A DNA stretch of 64,000 bases from Planctomycetota bacterium (GTDB taxonomy: Bacteria; Planctomycetota; Brocadiia; JAADGH01), in NCBI GenBank assembly GCA_040755855.1, contig JBFMAD010000003.1:64001-128000 (forward strand). The letters are read 5' to 3'. The position numbers and the translations under genes are program-made. The notes under the pieces are model-generated. The model had not been told where the DNA came from. It did no database searches and saw only the letters and a list, made by a program, of their open reading frames with translations. Within the stretch, counting starts at the first letter, position 1. Every line of letters begins with the position of its first letter. Positions 8,791 to 19,319 of this stretch are shown piece after piece.

Positions 8791-9951
8791 GTGACCCCAG
8801 GCAAACAAGGCGTTGACCATCGCCAGCTTCGCGCCATCAACGAGCGCCGCGTCCGACGGCTTCTGCTCCGCCGCGGCCCATTGAGCCGACGGGACTTGGC
8901 CGCGCAGACGGGCCTGGACTCGAAGTCCATCACCAACATCATCCGCGACCTGCGCGCCCGCGAGGTCGTCGCCGTGGCCGGGCGAAAAAAATCGTTCGGC
9001 GGGCGGAGCGTTGATCTCTTCGAACTGCGCCGCGACAGGAATCTTGTCCTCGGCATCCATATCGCGCCCGACCGCATCCTTGCGCTGGTCGTGAATCCCT
9101 ATGGCGAGACGCTCTGGCAGAGCGACCGCATCGGAAGCGAAACGACGAAGGACGCCATCCGGTCGGCCGTCGAGGACGTTGGACATCAACTGCGGTCCGT
9201 CAAGTTGTTCCGCCCGGCCCACTTCCTCGGCGCGGGACTGTGCGCGCCGGGCCTGCTGAACCCAGAGCGCACAGCGTGGGTCGTCAGCAGCCAACTGCCC
9301 GATCTGGTCGGCGAGGCGCCGGGCCGATGGGTCGAGCAGGCGACGGGCCTGCCCACGATCCTCGAAGACGACTCTGCGGCCAAGGCCCTCGGCGAGCGGC
9401 TGTGGGGGTGGGCGCGCTGCCACGAAAGCTTCCTCCTCGTGGACCTCGACACCGGCGTCGGATCGGGCATCGTCATCAACGGTAGGTTGTTCCGCGGCGT
9501 GTCCGGACACAGCGGCGAGATCGGCCGGCTCAAGGTCCCCGCCGATGCAGCCGCGCAGATGGGCGCAGAGGGCAAGCGCCTTGAGGAGGCGGTGGGGCTG
9601 CACCGGATCGCGGTCCACTACAACCGCCGCATCGGCGCGCAGCGCGCTAAACACTTCGATGATGTGGCAACCGCCTCGCGTGAGGGGGATCGGGTCGCCA
9701 TTGACGTGCTCCGCTCCGCTGGCCAACTGGTCGGCGCAACGTTGGCGAACATCTTCGACTTCCTCAACCTGCCCATCTGCGTGACCGGCAGGCTCGTGAC
9801 GTCCACCGACCTGACCTTCGACCCGATCCGGGAGAGCTTCCGTCGGAACATCCTGTTGCCCGAGGGCGAGATCGGACAGGGCGAGCTGAACGGCCGCGTG
9901 GGCGCTCTCGGCGCGGCGGCACTGGTCTATCATGCGTGGACGGAGGCGTGA
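8791..9951 (+). CDS. ROK-family (NagC/XylR-like) transcriptional regulator
   Basis: N-terminal wHTH (LSRRDLAAQTGL), GVGSGIVING..GEIG, GALGAA; divergent from the sugar aminotransferase. Confidence 0.9.
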   Translation: MTPGKQGVDHRQLRAINERRVRRLLLRRGPLSRRDLAAQTGLDSKSITNIIRDLRAREVVAVAGRKKSFGGRSVDLFELRRDRNLVLGIHIAPDRILALVVNPYGETLWQSDRIGSETTKDAIRSAVEDVGHQLRSVKLFRPAHFLGAGLCAPGLLNPERTAWVVSSQLPDLVGEAPGRWVEQATGLPTILEDDSAAKALGERLWGWARCHESFLLVDLDTGVGSGIVINGRLFRGVSGHSGEIGRLKVPADAAAQMGAEGKRLEEAVGLHRIAVHYNRRIGAQRAKHFDDVATASREGDRVAIDVLRSAGQLVGATLANIFDFLNLPICVTGRLVTSTDLTFDPIRESFRRNILLPEGEIGQGELNGRVGALGAAALVYHAWTEA

Positions 9952-9960
9952 CCCGTTTTC

Positions 9961-12900
9961 CTACTCCACCTTGAGCTCAATCACGCCGAGCCCATCGGGC
10001 GGGAGCGCGAGGGTGATGTTGGCAGGATCGAGCGTCGCGTCGGTCAGCAGTTCCTTCGCAGAGGCGATCCGCTTCAGGCCGATGGCGGATAGATCAATGA
10101 CCAGCGCCGCGCGCGTCTGCTCCTTCCCTTCGTTATATACCGCAAAAAAGACGGCCCCGTCCTTCGGGCCGAAGCGCTCGACGACAATGCCCTCGCCGCT
10201 CGTCGCGTGCGTCACTGGTTCCCATCCCGCCGCGCCGAGCGTGCGGATGACGGGCAGGTACTTCTTGTAAAGGTCGGAACACTTCTCATAGACCTTGTCG
10301 CAGTACCGTCCGACGCTCGGATGGATGGCGTAGACGGCGCACCGCTTGAAGAAAAGCTCCAGCCCGTCGTGCGTGGCCAGGTCGGTTTCCTTCGTGCCGA
10401 GGATCATGTAGTCGAGCCGCAGCGTCGGCTTCTGGTAGGCCAGCGTTCGGGCATAGCGCAGGCGCGGGAACTCGATGGTCCGCCCCTCAAGACCGACGAC
10501 GTCGGTGACGAAGTAGTGCCAGCAGATTTTGTTCCACGTCCCGAGGTTGGGGAAGACATATCGGTCGCCGGCGTGGAGCCGCCTCCCCAACTCCTCAAGG
10601 AACTCGTGCATGGACACGACGCCGTCAATGCACGGGCGGCCGGTGGCGCCGTCATAGGTGAGGGGATAGTCGGTGTAGGCGAAGTGGTCGCGGCGGAAGT
10701 TCATCGTGCGGGCGACCCAGCCGCAAGTGGAGTCCACGTAGATGCCTTTGATCTTCGGATTCTCCTCCGTCAGTTTCTTTACCTTTTCGAATTCGAATCT
10801 GGCCACGGTCGGCTCGTCCGGCTTGTCGGCGAAGAGGTCGGGGTCGCAGTTGACCGAAAAGACCACCATGTTCACCGGGTTCTTCGGCTTGATGTCCGCA
10901 CCGAAATCATCGCGGATGACGATGTGGTGTGTGCCGTCGGCCTGGACAGGGCGGCAGTTCTCGATCATTCGCTTCAGGCGCCCGCCCCAGTGGTCATTCG
11001 GTTTTTCCTGGAAGTCGGCGAATGCCCGCATGGCGGCGCCGTAGTCCTTCGGCATCTCCGGCAGGGGCTGGATGGACCGCTGGCCGGGGATGATGTAGGG
11101 GAACGTCCAGCAGCCCTTTTCCAGGCAGAAGTCCGCCATGGCCGCGCCGCCCTCGTAGTAACCGTAGTCCTCCAAGTTAGGCACGTTCTTCGGGCTGATG
11201 GCGAAGAGCCACGCGCCCTCCTTCATGGCGCGGCGCTTGAACGCGGCAGGATACATGGCATAGTACCGCCGCGCGGCGTCGCGCATGGCCCATTGTCCGT
11301 CAACGCGAAAGATCGCAAATGCGAAACTCGCCTTCTGCTTGAGTTTGGTGTTCGCCGTCAGGCCATACTTGCACCGCACGTGCAGGAGCGACTCGGCCGG
11401 GTCGAAGGCCAGCTTGAACCGGCAGGGTATTTCCGGCGACAGCGCGAGACCGATCCCCTTCCGGCCCTCTTTGTCCGTGAGGCAGGCGAAGATGAATTCG
11501 TCCGTTTCGTATCGCCCGTCGGCGGCGATGGCCCTCTGGGTTGCCAGCTCGTCCCACCACGTCCATCCCGGCCCGCCCACGGGCAGGCGGAGGAGCAGAT
11601 CGACAGCGCGGTCGCTGCCGGTGGTGTCCTCGACCGTCCCTGCGACGGCGACGTGGTTCGGCCTAACGTCATAAGCCACGGTCGAACGGAGGCTTAGGTC
11701 GCCATAGTCCGTCGTCACCGTCGTGCGGTCGCCGTCCTGCTTTACTGCCGCCTTGCCCTGGCTGAATCGGCCCTGGAACATGTCGCCCACGAGGAGTCCG
11801 AAGGGACGCTTCTTGACATCGGGCGAGGTCACGTCGGCATCGCCGAGCGACACCGACCAGACGCCGCCGTCGTCGCCAAGGCCCAGGTTCAGGCCGTCCT
11901 TTGTGGCGAGCGGACGGAGTTTGGGCGCGGTGCGCGGTGCGGCGGCAACCCTTTCCTCTGTCATAGAACGGAGCGAGACGACGCACCGGTCAGCGTCGCC
12001 CTTCACGTCCGTCACGAGGGTAAGCAACAGATGATCGTCGAGGGAGCGCAGCGAGACGACGTCGCTGTGCGCCTCCCACTCCTCCAGCGTCATGCCCGCC
12101 ACGGCGGTATCCTTCGGCAGGAGGATGCTCCACGCAACGCGTCCGCCCTCCTTGCCGGCGGTCTCGACGATCAACTGCCGCCGGTCCCAGGTGCGGACGA
12201 GGCGCAGCCAGGCGAACGGCGCAGGCGGGTTGATGCGCGAAAGACTTGGCGGATACTTGATGGGGAAGTTCCAGAGCACACCTTTTGCACCGGACTTTGG
12301 AAGTTCCGCCATCGGCTCGTCGCCGAGGAAGCATCGGATGGTGTCGCGGGGTTCCTCGTTGTCTGGCGGCACGGCCTGGATCGACACGAGCACCTCATCG
12401 GGTGCGGCGGCGGGCAGACGCTCGCGGAGCATGGCAACGGTCGGATCGTCGCCCTTTGCTTTCGGCGCGTCGGCGGCGGTTCCGGCGAGCGGCCCGTCGC
12501 TCAGGGGCTTGAGGGCGAGGTCGTCGAACCACACCGTTCCCGCATGGGTGCGGCGGAAGACGGCGTGGAATCCAATCTGCTTGATGGGGTGCTGGGGATT
12601 GAAGATGGACTCGACATACTGCCAGTCATGTGTGCCGGTATCGAAGGTGGCGCGGTGCCAGTCGTCCACCTTCCCGGGACGGATGTCGTTGACGTATTCG
12701 ACATCGCACCAGAGGGAGTAGTTGGGGTTCGGTCGGCCTGTGGCGTTCTCCGCCTTGCTCCATCCGGAGATGACGATGGGGATAGCGGCGGTCTGGTTCA
12801 GAACGACGGTCTGGCTGATGATGCTCTCGTCGCTTTCCTCCTTGTTGGCAAACCGGACGCTGGCCTGGCCGGAGTGTTTTATGTCTTTATCAATCGCACA

Positions 12901-13038
12901 CTCGCCGGTCCACTGCCCCTTGCCCGATTCGAAGCCGCCGTTCTTGCAGAAATTTGTTCGGGTCGCGTCCTCGCAAGCGGCGACCTGGAGCAAAGCCAAG
13001 AGACAAAGCAACTTCAAGCCCGTCACGTATCGTTTCAT
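9961..13038 (-). CDS. Large secreted or lipoprotein carbohydrate-active protein (CBM4/9-like N-domain plus putative glycoside-hydrolase barrel)
   Basis: Signal peptide with VAAC lipobox-like end; NGGFESG...TVWFDDL CBM pattern; GIYVDS barrel motif. Confidence 0.65.
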   Translation of the reverse strand: MKRYVTGLKLLCLLALLQVAACEDATRTNFCKNGGFESGKGQWTGECAIDKDIKHSGQASVRFANKEESDESIISQTVVLNQTAAIPIVISGWSKAENATGRPNPNYSLWCDVEYVNDIRPGKVDDWHRATFDTGTHDWQYVESIFNPQHPIKQIGFHAVFRRTHAGTVWFDDLALKPLSDGPLAGTAADAPKAKGDDPTVAMLRERLPAAAPDEVLVSIQAVPPDNEEPRDTIRCFLGDEPMAELPKSGAKGVLWNFPIKYPPSLSRINPPAPFAWLRLVRTWDRRQLIVETAGKEGGRVAWSILLPKDTAVAGMTLEEWEAHSDVVSLRSLDDHLLLTLVTDVKGDADRCVVSLRSMTEERVAAAPRTAPKLRPLATKDGLNLGLGDDGGVWSVSLGDADVTSPDVKKRPFGLLVGDMFQGRFSQGKAAVKQDGDRTTVTTDYGDLSLRSTVAYDVRPNHVAVAGTVEDTTGSDRAVDLLLRLPVGGPGWTWWDELATQRAIAADGRYETDEFIFACLTDKEGRKGIGLALSPEIPCRFKLAFDPAESLLHVRCKYGLTANTKLKQKASFAFAIFRVDGQWAMRDAARRYYAMYPAAFKRRAMKEGAWLFAISPKNVPNLEDYGYYEGGAAMADFCLEKGCWTFPYIIPGQRSIQPLPEMPKDYGAAMRAFADFQEKPNDHWGGRLKRMIENCRPVQADGTHHIVIRDDFGADIKPKNPVNMVVFSVNCDPDLFADKPDEPTVARFEFEKVKKLTEENPKIKGIYVDSTCGWVARTMNFRRDHFAYTDYPLTYDGATGRPCIDGVVSMHEFLEELGRRLHAGDRYVFPNLGTWNKICWHYFVTDVVGLEGRTIEFPRLRYARTLAYQKPTLRLDYMILGTKETDLATHDGLELFFKRCAVYAIHPSVGRYCDKVYEKCSDLYKKYLPVIRTLGAAGWEPVTHATSGEGIVVERFGPKDGAVFFAVYNEGKEQTRAALVIDLSAIGLKRIASAKELLTDATLDPANITLALPPDGLGVIELKVE

Positions 13039-13136
13039 TGGACCAATCCTCCTACGGAACAAGAATCGGTCAATACTCTACATAATTGATGCGCCGATTC
13101 CAAGCCCGGAACCAGAAGCAATCGAAAAAGGCAAGC

Positions 13137-13151
13137 CTGCCAATATGGCAG
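13137..13151. promoter_or_regulatory. Palindromic candidate activator site upstream of dnaK
   Basis: CTGCCA-ATA-TGGCAG about 85 bp upstream of the sigma-54-type promoter. Confidence 0.5.
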
Positions 13152-13235
13152 TCTGCCCGATTCTGCCCACGCATGATCGCGGTGCGTAACCTGTGTTATT
13201 CAGCCAGTTATGACAACAATAGAGGGTGGGATTCT

Positions 13236-13251
13236 TGGCATAGGCTTTGCT
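13236..13251 (+). promoter_or_regulatory. Sigma-54 (-24/-12) promoter of dnaK-clpB
   Basis: TGGCAT-AGGCT-TTGCT matches TGGCAC-N5-TTGCW with exact GG-N10-GC spacing. Confidence 0.7.
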
Positions 13252-13313
13252 CACATGAACCACGGGAAGGAAAAACTGTCAAAAAATGGGAAAGAAGAAG
13301 GGAGAGACCTGCC

Positions 13314-15233
13314 ATGTCCAAGACGATTGGCATAGATTTGGGAACCACCAATTCGGTCGTCGCCGTGATGGAAGGCAATGACCCCACTGTAATCATCAAC
13401 GCCGAAGGCGGCCGACTGACCCCCTCGGTCGTGGCCTTCACCGACAAGGGCGACCAGTTGGTCGGCCAGCAGGCCAAACGCCAGGCCGTGACGAACCCGC
13501 GGAACACCGTCTTCTCCATCAAGCGATTCATGGGCCGCCGCCACAACGAGGTCGCCCAGGAGGAGAAGATGGTGCCCTATCAGATCGTCGGCGGCCCGAA
13601 CGAACTGGTCAAGGTCAGGGCCGGCGGCAAGGACTACACTCCACCCGAGATCTCCGCCCGCATCCTGCAAAGCCTGAAGAAGACGGCGGAGGACTACCTC
13701 GGGGCCGAGGTCAAGAAGGCAGTCATCACCGTGCCCGCCTACTTCAACGACTCGCAGCGCCAGGCCACCAAGGACGCCGGCCAGATCGCCGGGCTTGAGG
13801 TGGAGCGGATCATCAACGAACCGACGGCCGCGGCCCTGGCCTATGGCCTGGACAAGAAAAAGGCGGGCAAGATCGCCGTCTTCGATTTGGGCGGCGGCAC
13901 GTTCGACATCTCGATCCTCGAGGTGGGCGACGGGGTCTTCGAGGTGCTGTCCACCAACGGCAACACCCACCTCGGAGGCGACGACTTCGACGAGGAGCTA
14001 ATCAACTACATCGCCGACCAGTTCAAGAAGGACCAGGGCATTGACCTGCGCAAGGACCAGATGGCCCTCCAGCGGCTCAAGGAGGCGGCCGAGAAGGCGA
14101 AGTGCGAACTGTCCACCTCCACGAGCACGGACATCAACCTGCCTTTTATCACCGCCGACCAGACCGGGCCGAAGCACCTGACCATGACCCTCACGCGGGC
14201 GACGCTCGAAAACCTGATCCGCCCGCTCGTGGAGAAAACGATCGGCCCCTGCGAGCAGGCGCTCAAGGATGCCGAGCTCAAACCCAAAGATGTTGACGAG
14301 GTCGTCCTCGTCGGCGGATCCATCCGAATCCCCATGGTCCAGGAGACCGTCAAGCAGATCTTCGGCAAGGACCCGACGAAGGGCGTGAACCCGGACGAGG
14401 TCGTCGCCCTCGGCGCGGCCATCCAGGCGGGCGTCCTCGCCGGCGACGTTCACGACGTGCTCCTGCTCGATGTGACGCCGTTGTCGCTCGGCGTGGAGAC
14501 GCTCGGCGGCGTGATGACCAAGCTGATCGAGCGCAACACCACGATCCCGACGTCGAAGAAGGAAATCTTCTCAACCGCCGCCGACAACCAGCCCGCCGTG
14601 GACATCCACGTCCTCCAGGGCGAGCGCGAGTTCGCGCGGGACAACCGGACGCTCGGCCGGTTCCAGCTCACGGGCATCCCCACTGCGCCGCGCGGCGTGC
14701 CGCAGGTCGAGGTCGCCTTCGACATTGACGCCAACGGCATCCTCAACGTCTCGGCCAAGGACCTGGCCACCGGCAAGGAGCAGTCCATCGTGATCAAGTC
14801 CTCCTCCGGCCTGTCCGATGCCGACATCCATCGGATGACCAAGGACGCCGAGGCCCATGCGGAAGAGGACAAGAAGAAGCGCGAGCTGGTGGATGCGAAG
14901 AACCAGGCCGATCAGTTGATCTACTCCACGGAGCGAACGCTCCGCGAGCATGGCGGCAAGATCGGGGAGTCTGACCGGCAGGCGATCAACCGCGCCGTCG
15001 AGCGGCTGAAGAAGTCGAAGGATGGCGACGACATCAACACGATCAAGTCCGATATGGACGCCCTCATGCAGGCCTCCCACAAGCTGGCCGAGGAGATGTA
15101 CCGCCAGGCCGGGGCCGGGCGGCAGGCCGCCGGCGGGCCGGGTCCGCAGCCTCCACCCGAGGAGGGGCAGCAGGAGTCGAAACGCGACGATGACGTCATT
15201 GACGCGGACTTCGAGGTGAAGGACAACAAGTAA
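13314..15233 (+). CDS. dnaK: Molecular chaperone DnaK
   Basis: [34 protein letters not shown] tail. Confidence 0.99.
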   Translation: MSKTIGIDLGTTNSVVAVMEGNDPTVIINAEGGRLTPSVVAFTDKGDQLVGQQAKRQAVTNPRNTVFSIKRFMGRRHNEVAQEEKMVPYQIVGGPNELVKVRAGGKDYTPPEISARILQSLKKTAEDYLGAEVKKAVITVPAYFNDSQRQATKDAGQIAGLEVERIINEPTAAALAYGLDKKKAGKIAVFDLGGGTFDISILEVGDGVFEVLSTNGNTHLGGDDFDEELINYIADQFKKDQGIDLRKDQMALQRLKEAAEKAKCELSTSTSTDINLPFITADQTGPKHLTMTLTRATLENLIRPLVEKTIGPCEQALKDAELKPKDVDEVVLVGGSIRIPMVQETVKQIFGKDPTKGVNPDEVVALGAAIQAGVLAGDVHDVLLLDVTPLSLGVETLGGVMTKLIERNTTIPTSKKEIFSTAADNQPAVDIHVLQGEREFARDNRTLGRFQLTGIPTAPRGVPQVEVAFDIDANGILNVSAKDLATGKEQSIVIKSSSGLSDADIHRMTKDAEAHAEEDKKKRELVDAKNQADQLIYSTERTLREHGGKIGESDRQAINRAVERLKKSKDGDDINTIKSDMDALMQASHKLAEEMYRQAGAGRQAAGGPGPQPPPEEGQQESKRDDDVIDADFEVKDNK

Positions 15234-15278
15234 GCGCCTTGCTCCCGCGCTCCTCGTGTGCCACGCTGAAACTACGCA

Positions 15279-15306
15279 CCTCCCGGAGGTCCGAACCTCC
15301 GGGAGG
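15279..15306. repeat. REP-like palindrome CCTCCCGGAGGT-CCGA-ACCTCCGGGAGG
   Basis: Perfect 12-bp stem in the dnaK-clpB spacer; related copy at 266-293. Confidence 0.7.
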
Positions 15307-15325
15307 TTGGAAGGGATAGAAACAC

Positions 15326-17917
15326 ATGGTCCGATTCGACAAATTCACAATCAAGGCACAGGAGGCCGTCCAGGCCGCGCAGCGTCTGGCCGAGGAGCGC
15401 CGCAACCAGGCGGTGGACACGCCGCATGTCCTTGCCGCGCTCCTCCAGGATACCGACGGCGTCATCGTGCCCATGCTCCAGAGGCTCGGCGCGGACCCAC
15501 GACGAATCGGCGCGGAGACCGAACGCGAGATTGAACGCCTCCCCAAGGTCAGTGGCGCATCCGACCAGGTTTACATGGCCCCCGACCTGAAGGGCGTCTT
15601 CGACACGGCCTTCGCGGAGGCTGAACGGCTTCACGACGAGTTCGTCAGCACCGAGCACATCCTCCTCGGCCTTGCCGACGGGACCGCCACGATCGCCGGC
15701 CGCATCCTCGCCGGCGCAGGCGTGAAAAAGGACGACATCTACAAGGCCCTTCAGGACGTCCGCGGCGGACAGCGCGTCACCGACCAGGCCCCGGAGCAAA
15801 AATACCAGGCCCTCGCCCGATACAGCCGCGACCTGACCGAGGCCGCGCAGAAGGGCAAGCTCGACCCCGTCATCGGCCGCGACGACGAAATCCGCCGCGT
15901 CATCCAGGTCCTCTCCCGGCGCACCAAGAACAACCCCGTCCTCATCGGCGAGCCGGGTACGGGCAAGACGGCCATCGTCGAGGGACTTGCCCAGCGCATC
16001 ATTGACGGCGACGTGCCGGAGGGACTGAAGGAGAAGCGCGTCGTCGCCCTCGACATGGGCGCGCTCATCGCCGGAACGAAATATCGCGGCGAGTTCGAGG
16101 ACCGCCTCAAGGCCGTGCTCAACGAGATCAAACGCGCCGAGGGGCGGATCATCCTCTTCATTGACGAGCTGCACACCGTCGTCGGCGCAGGGGCCGCTGA
16201 GGGCGCGGTGGACGCCGCGAACCTGCTCAAGCCCATGCTGGCCCGGGGCGAGCTGCGCTGCGTCGGCGCGACCACGCTCGATGAATACCGAGAGCACGTG
16301 GAGAAGGACGCCGCCCTCGAACGGCGGTTCCAGCCGGTCTATGTGGACCAGCCATCCGTCGAGGAGACCATCGCCATCCTGCGCGGACTCAAGGAGCGCT
16401 ATGAGGTCCACCACGGCGTCCGCATCCAGGACGCCGCGCTCGTGCAGGCGGCCGTGCTGAGCAACCGCTACATCGCCGACCGCTTCCTACCCGACAAGGC
16501 CATTGATTTGATTGACGAGGCCGCGTCGCGTCTGCGGATCGAGATTGACAGCAAGCCTGCCGAGCTGGATACCGTGGACCGGAAGGTCGTCCAACTCGAG
16601 ATCGAGCAGGCGGCACTGAAAAAGGAGAAGGACGCCGCGTCGAAGGAACGCCTAACGCAGATCGAGAGGCAGATCTCCGACCTCAAGGAGCAGTCCGCCG
16701 GCATGAGGACGCAGTGGGAAAACGAGAAGCGCGTCATCAAGGAGATTCAAGAGATCAAGGAGATGATCGACGAGGCGCAGGTCCGCTCGCAAAAGGCCGA
16801 GCGCGAGGGCGACCTGCAGAAGGCCGCCGAACTGCGATACGGCACGATCCGCGAGGCCGAGAAGTCCCTCGCGCAGAAGCAGGCCGATCTCGCCGAAATC
16901 CAGAAGGACCGCTCCCTGCTCAAGGAGGAGGTTGCCCCCGAGGACGTGGCGGCGGTCGTCGGCACATGGACCGGCATCCCCGTCTCGCGCCTCTTGGAGG
17001 GCGAGAAGGAAAAACTCCTCAAGATGGAGGAGCGCATGAGGCAGCGCGTCGTCGGCCAGGACGAGGCGCTCGAAGCAGTGGCCAACGCCGTCCGCCGAGC
17101 CCGGGCCGGCCTGCAGGACCCGCGCAAGCCCATCGGCACGTTCATCTTCATGGGACCCACCGGCGTGGGCAAGACGGAGCTGTGCAAGGCCCTGGCCGAG
17201 TTCCTCTTCGACGACGAAAACGCGATGGTCCGCATTGACATGTCCGAGTTCATGGAGCGCCACTCCGTCGCCCGACTCATCGGCGCGCCGCCGGGCTACA
17301 TCGGCTACGAGGAGGGCGGTCGTCTCACCGAGGCGATCCGCCGCCGACCGTACGCCGTGGTCCTGCTCGACGAGATCGAGAAGGCGCACCCGGACGTCTT
17401 CAACATCCTCCTGCAAGTCCTGGATGAGGGCCGACTCACCGACGGCCACGGCCGGACGGTGAATTTCAAGAACACCGTCGTCATCATGACCTCGAACATC
17501 GCCAGCCAGGCGATCCAGGAGTTCGCCGCCCGCGGCGATCAAGCCAAGTTGGAGGAGGTCGTGAGGGAGGCGCTGCGCGCCAGCTTCCGGCCCGAGTTCC
17601 TGAACCGCGTGGACGAGACCATCGTCTTCCACAACCTCACCCGCGAGCACCTGAAGCAGATCGTGGACATCCAGCTCAAGGACCTCAAGAAACGGCTGGA
17701 GGCGGAGAACTATCTTCTCGATGTCTCCGAGTCCGTCAAGACGATGCTCGCCGAGCGCGGCTACGACCCGACGTTCGGCGCGCGGCCGCTCCGCCGTCTC
17801 ATTCAGCAGGAGATCGAGAACCCGCTCTCGCTCCAGATCCTCGACGGCCACTTCCCGCCCAAGTCCACGATCCGTGTGGATATGAAGGGGGACCGGGTGG
17901 TGTTTAAGAAAGGCTGA
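15326..17917 (+). CDS. clpB: ATP-dependent chaperone ClpB
   Basis: Two AAA modules ([16 protein letters not shown]), coiled-coil middle domain, GARPLRR; 863 aa. Confidence 0.98.
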   Translation: MVRFDKFTIKAQEAVQAAQRLAEERRNQAVDTPHVLAALLQDTDGVIVPMLQRLGADPRRIGAETEREIERLPKVSGASDQVYMAPDLKGVFDTAFAEAERLHDEFVSTEHILLGLADGTATIAGRILAGAGVKKDDIYKALQDVRGGQRVTDQAPEQKYQALARYSRDLTEAAQKGKLDPVIGRDDEIRRVIQVLSRRTKNNPVLIGEPGTGKTAIVEGLAQRIIDGDVPEGLKEKRVVALDMGALIAGTKYRGEFEDRLKAVLNEIKRAEGRIILFIDELHTVVGAGAAEGAVDAANLLKPMLARGELRCVGATTLDEYREHVEKDAALERRFQPVYVDQPSVEETIAILRGLKERYEVHHGVRIQDAALVQAAVLSNRYIADRFLPDKAIDLIDEAASRLRIEIDSKPAELDTVDRKVVQLEIEQAALKKEKDAASKERLTQIERQISDLKEQSAGMRTQWENEKRVIKEIQEIKEMIDEAQVRSQKAEREGDLQKAAELRYGTIREAEKSLAQKQADLAEIQKDRSLLKEEVAPEDVAAVVGTWTGIPVSRLLEGEKEKLLKMEERMRQRVVGQDEALEAVANAVRRARAGLQDPRKPIGTFIFMGPTGVGKTELCKALAEFLFDDENAMVRIDMSEFMERHSVARLIGAPPGYIGYEEGGRLTEAIRRRPYAVVLLDEIEKAHPDVFNILLQVLDEGRLTDGHGRTVNFKNTVVIMTSNIASQAIQEFAARGDQAKLEEVVREALRASFRPEFLNRVDETIVFHNLTREHLKQIVDIQLKDLKKRLEAENYLLDVSESVKTMLAERGYDPTFGARPLRRLIQQEIENPLSLQILDGHFPPKSTIRVDMKGDRVVFKKG

Positions 17918-18178
17918 ATGATGACATTCAGATGTCTGAACAGACGTCCGTCGACGCGGACGTCCGTCCGACGACGGACGCGCGGCAGCGATATGTCCCC
18001 TCCGTCCATCGTTACAGCATTGGACAATGGACAACTTGCAGCCGAGTGTCGACTGTTGGGAGACGCTGAATGCTCCACTCCGAGCGAATATATTATACCC
18101 CACGTCTCCGACAATGCGAAGGAAAATCTCACGCAAAGGCGCGGTGGGCGGGAAAATGATGAAACAAGAATGACCGAC

Positions 18179-18211
18179 AAGACACGCTCAAACGAGTTTG
18201 AGCGTGGCACA
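18179..18211. repeat. REP-like palindrome, AAGACACGCTCAA family, copy 2
   Basis: AAGACACGCTCAAACGAGTTTGAGCGTGGCACA. Confidence 0.85.
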
Positions 18212-18249
18212 TGCGTTCGCTTGAGGAGCGATAACTCGTGGAGGCGGGA

Positions 18250-19308
18250 TCACAGGTGCAGGCGGACTAATTCGTTCTCGCGCAGGTTTCCGCGCGTGGC
18301 CCAGACCTCGCCCGTGGCCGGCTTGCAGACGATCGCCGCGCAGGTGGTAGCGTCCCCGCCCATCCGGCAAATGCAGGTCTGGAGGTTCGGCTCGCGGTCG
18401 GAGAGGCCGGCGATCACGAGGTCCATGTTGATCTTTTCCCCCAGAATCTCCGCGAGGCGCTTCTCGCGGTTGAGCGACGATGCCCCGGGCCTTTCCTGAC
18501 TCACCCCCTTGTCCACGAGCCGCGGGGCGCGGTAGTGATTGGCGTGGACGGCGACGGGCTTGTCCTGGTCAATGATCTCGTAGTCCGTGGCGGTGGTCTC
18601 GATGAAACAGATTCGCCCTTCCGCCGAGACAACGAAGTAGTTGTGCCCCGACGCCCTGTGCGCGGTGGTGATGGCCCCGACGGCGTCGTTGAACGTCCGC
18701 TGCGCCAGGGCGTGGTGGAGCATGGCCAGGTACATCACACCAGGGCGCGCGTCCCTGGGCACGAGGTTGTTGTTCCCGACGCCGATGCCTTCCTCATTGA
18801 TCCCGACAAGCGAGAGGCATCCCGTGGTCGTGACCGTCAGGGTCATGGGTGCATCATCGGGCCGGCGGAGGAAGGCGACGACGTACGGCTCGGCGTCGGC
18901 GTGCATGTCCCAGTTCTGGCCGAACCAGACCTGCCTGTCTTTCGTTCCGTTCCGGTTGGCGATGAACGCGGTGCATCCCCCTTTCCCCATGTTCTGCAGG
19001 GCAACATCCTTCAGATCGGTGAGGCCGTTGCCGATCATCAGCTCCTCGGACGGAACGCCCGACGCCTCGGCGATGCCCATGAATTCCTCGACCACCGGCC
19101 GCGAGTATCGCTCGTGGAAGGGCAAGTGCTCGGCGGCGAGGCGGAGCACCGCATCGCGGTCCGCCGCGATATGGCCTTCCCTCATCGCCTTGAGGAGCCT
19201 GCTCAGTCGGATGTCCACGAACTCGCGGATTTGACTGCGGAACATCTCTCCGTGCTGCCGCCCCATCTCGCGGGGCGCGCCTTTTATCTCGATCAGATCA
19301 ATCGGCAT
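18250..19308 (-). CDS. Peptidase C45 / acyl-CoA:6-APA acyltransferase-like Ntn hydrolase
   Basis: G.PREMGRQHG start, GGCTAF autocleavage Cys, GQNWD, GINEEG, HANH. Confidence 0.88.
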   Translation of the reverse strand: MPIDLIEIKGAPREMGRQHGEMFRSQIREFVDIRLSRLLKAMREGHIAADRDAVLRLAAEHLPFHERYSRPVVEEFMGIAEASGVPSEELMIGNGLTDLKDVALQNMGKGGCTAFIANRNGTKDRQVWFGQNWDMHADAEPYVVAFLRRPDDAPMTLTVTTTGCLSLVGINEEGIGVGNNNLVPRDARPGVMYLAMLHHALAQRTFNDAVGAITTAHRASGHNYFVVSAEGRICFIETTATDYEIIDQDKPVAVHANHYRAPRLVDKGVSQERPGASSLNREKRLAEILGEKINMDLVIAGLSDREPNLQTCICRMGGDATTCAAIVCKPATGEVWATRGNLRENELVRLHL

Positions 19309-19319
19309 CTCTTGATTCC

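Noticed and set aside
8491..9933. 905-aa ORF suggesting a long N-terminal fusion to the aminotransferase
   Set aside because: The extension is the antisense shadow of the ROK gene; the real start at 8490 has an SD and the family-typical LAIDGG start.
13080..13313. CIRCE/HrcA operator upstream of dnaK
   Set aside because: No TTAGCACTC-N9-GAGTGCTAA match was seen.
17918..18499. 193-aa ORF directly after clpB
   Set aside because: Runs through repeat remnants and antisense into the C45 gene; composition is not protein-like.
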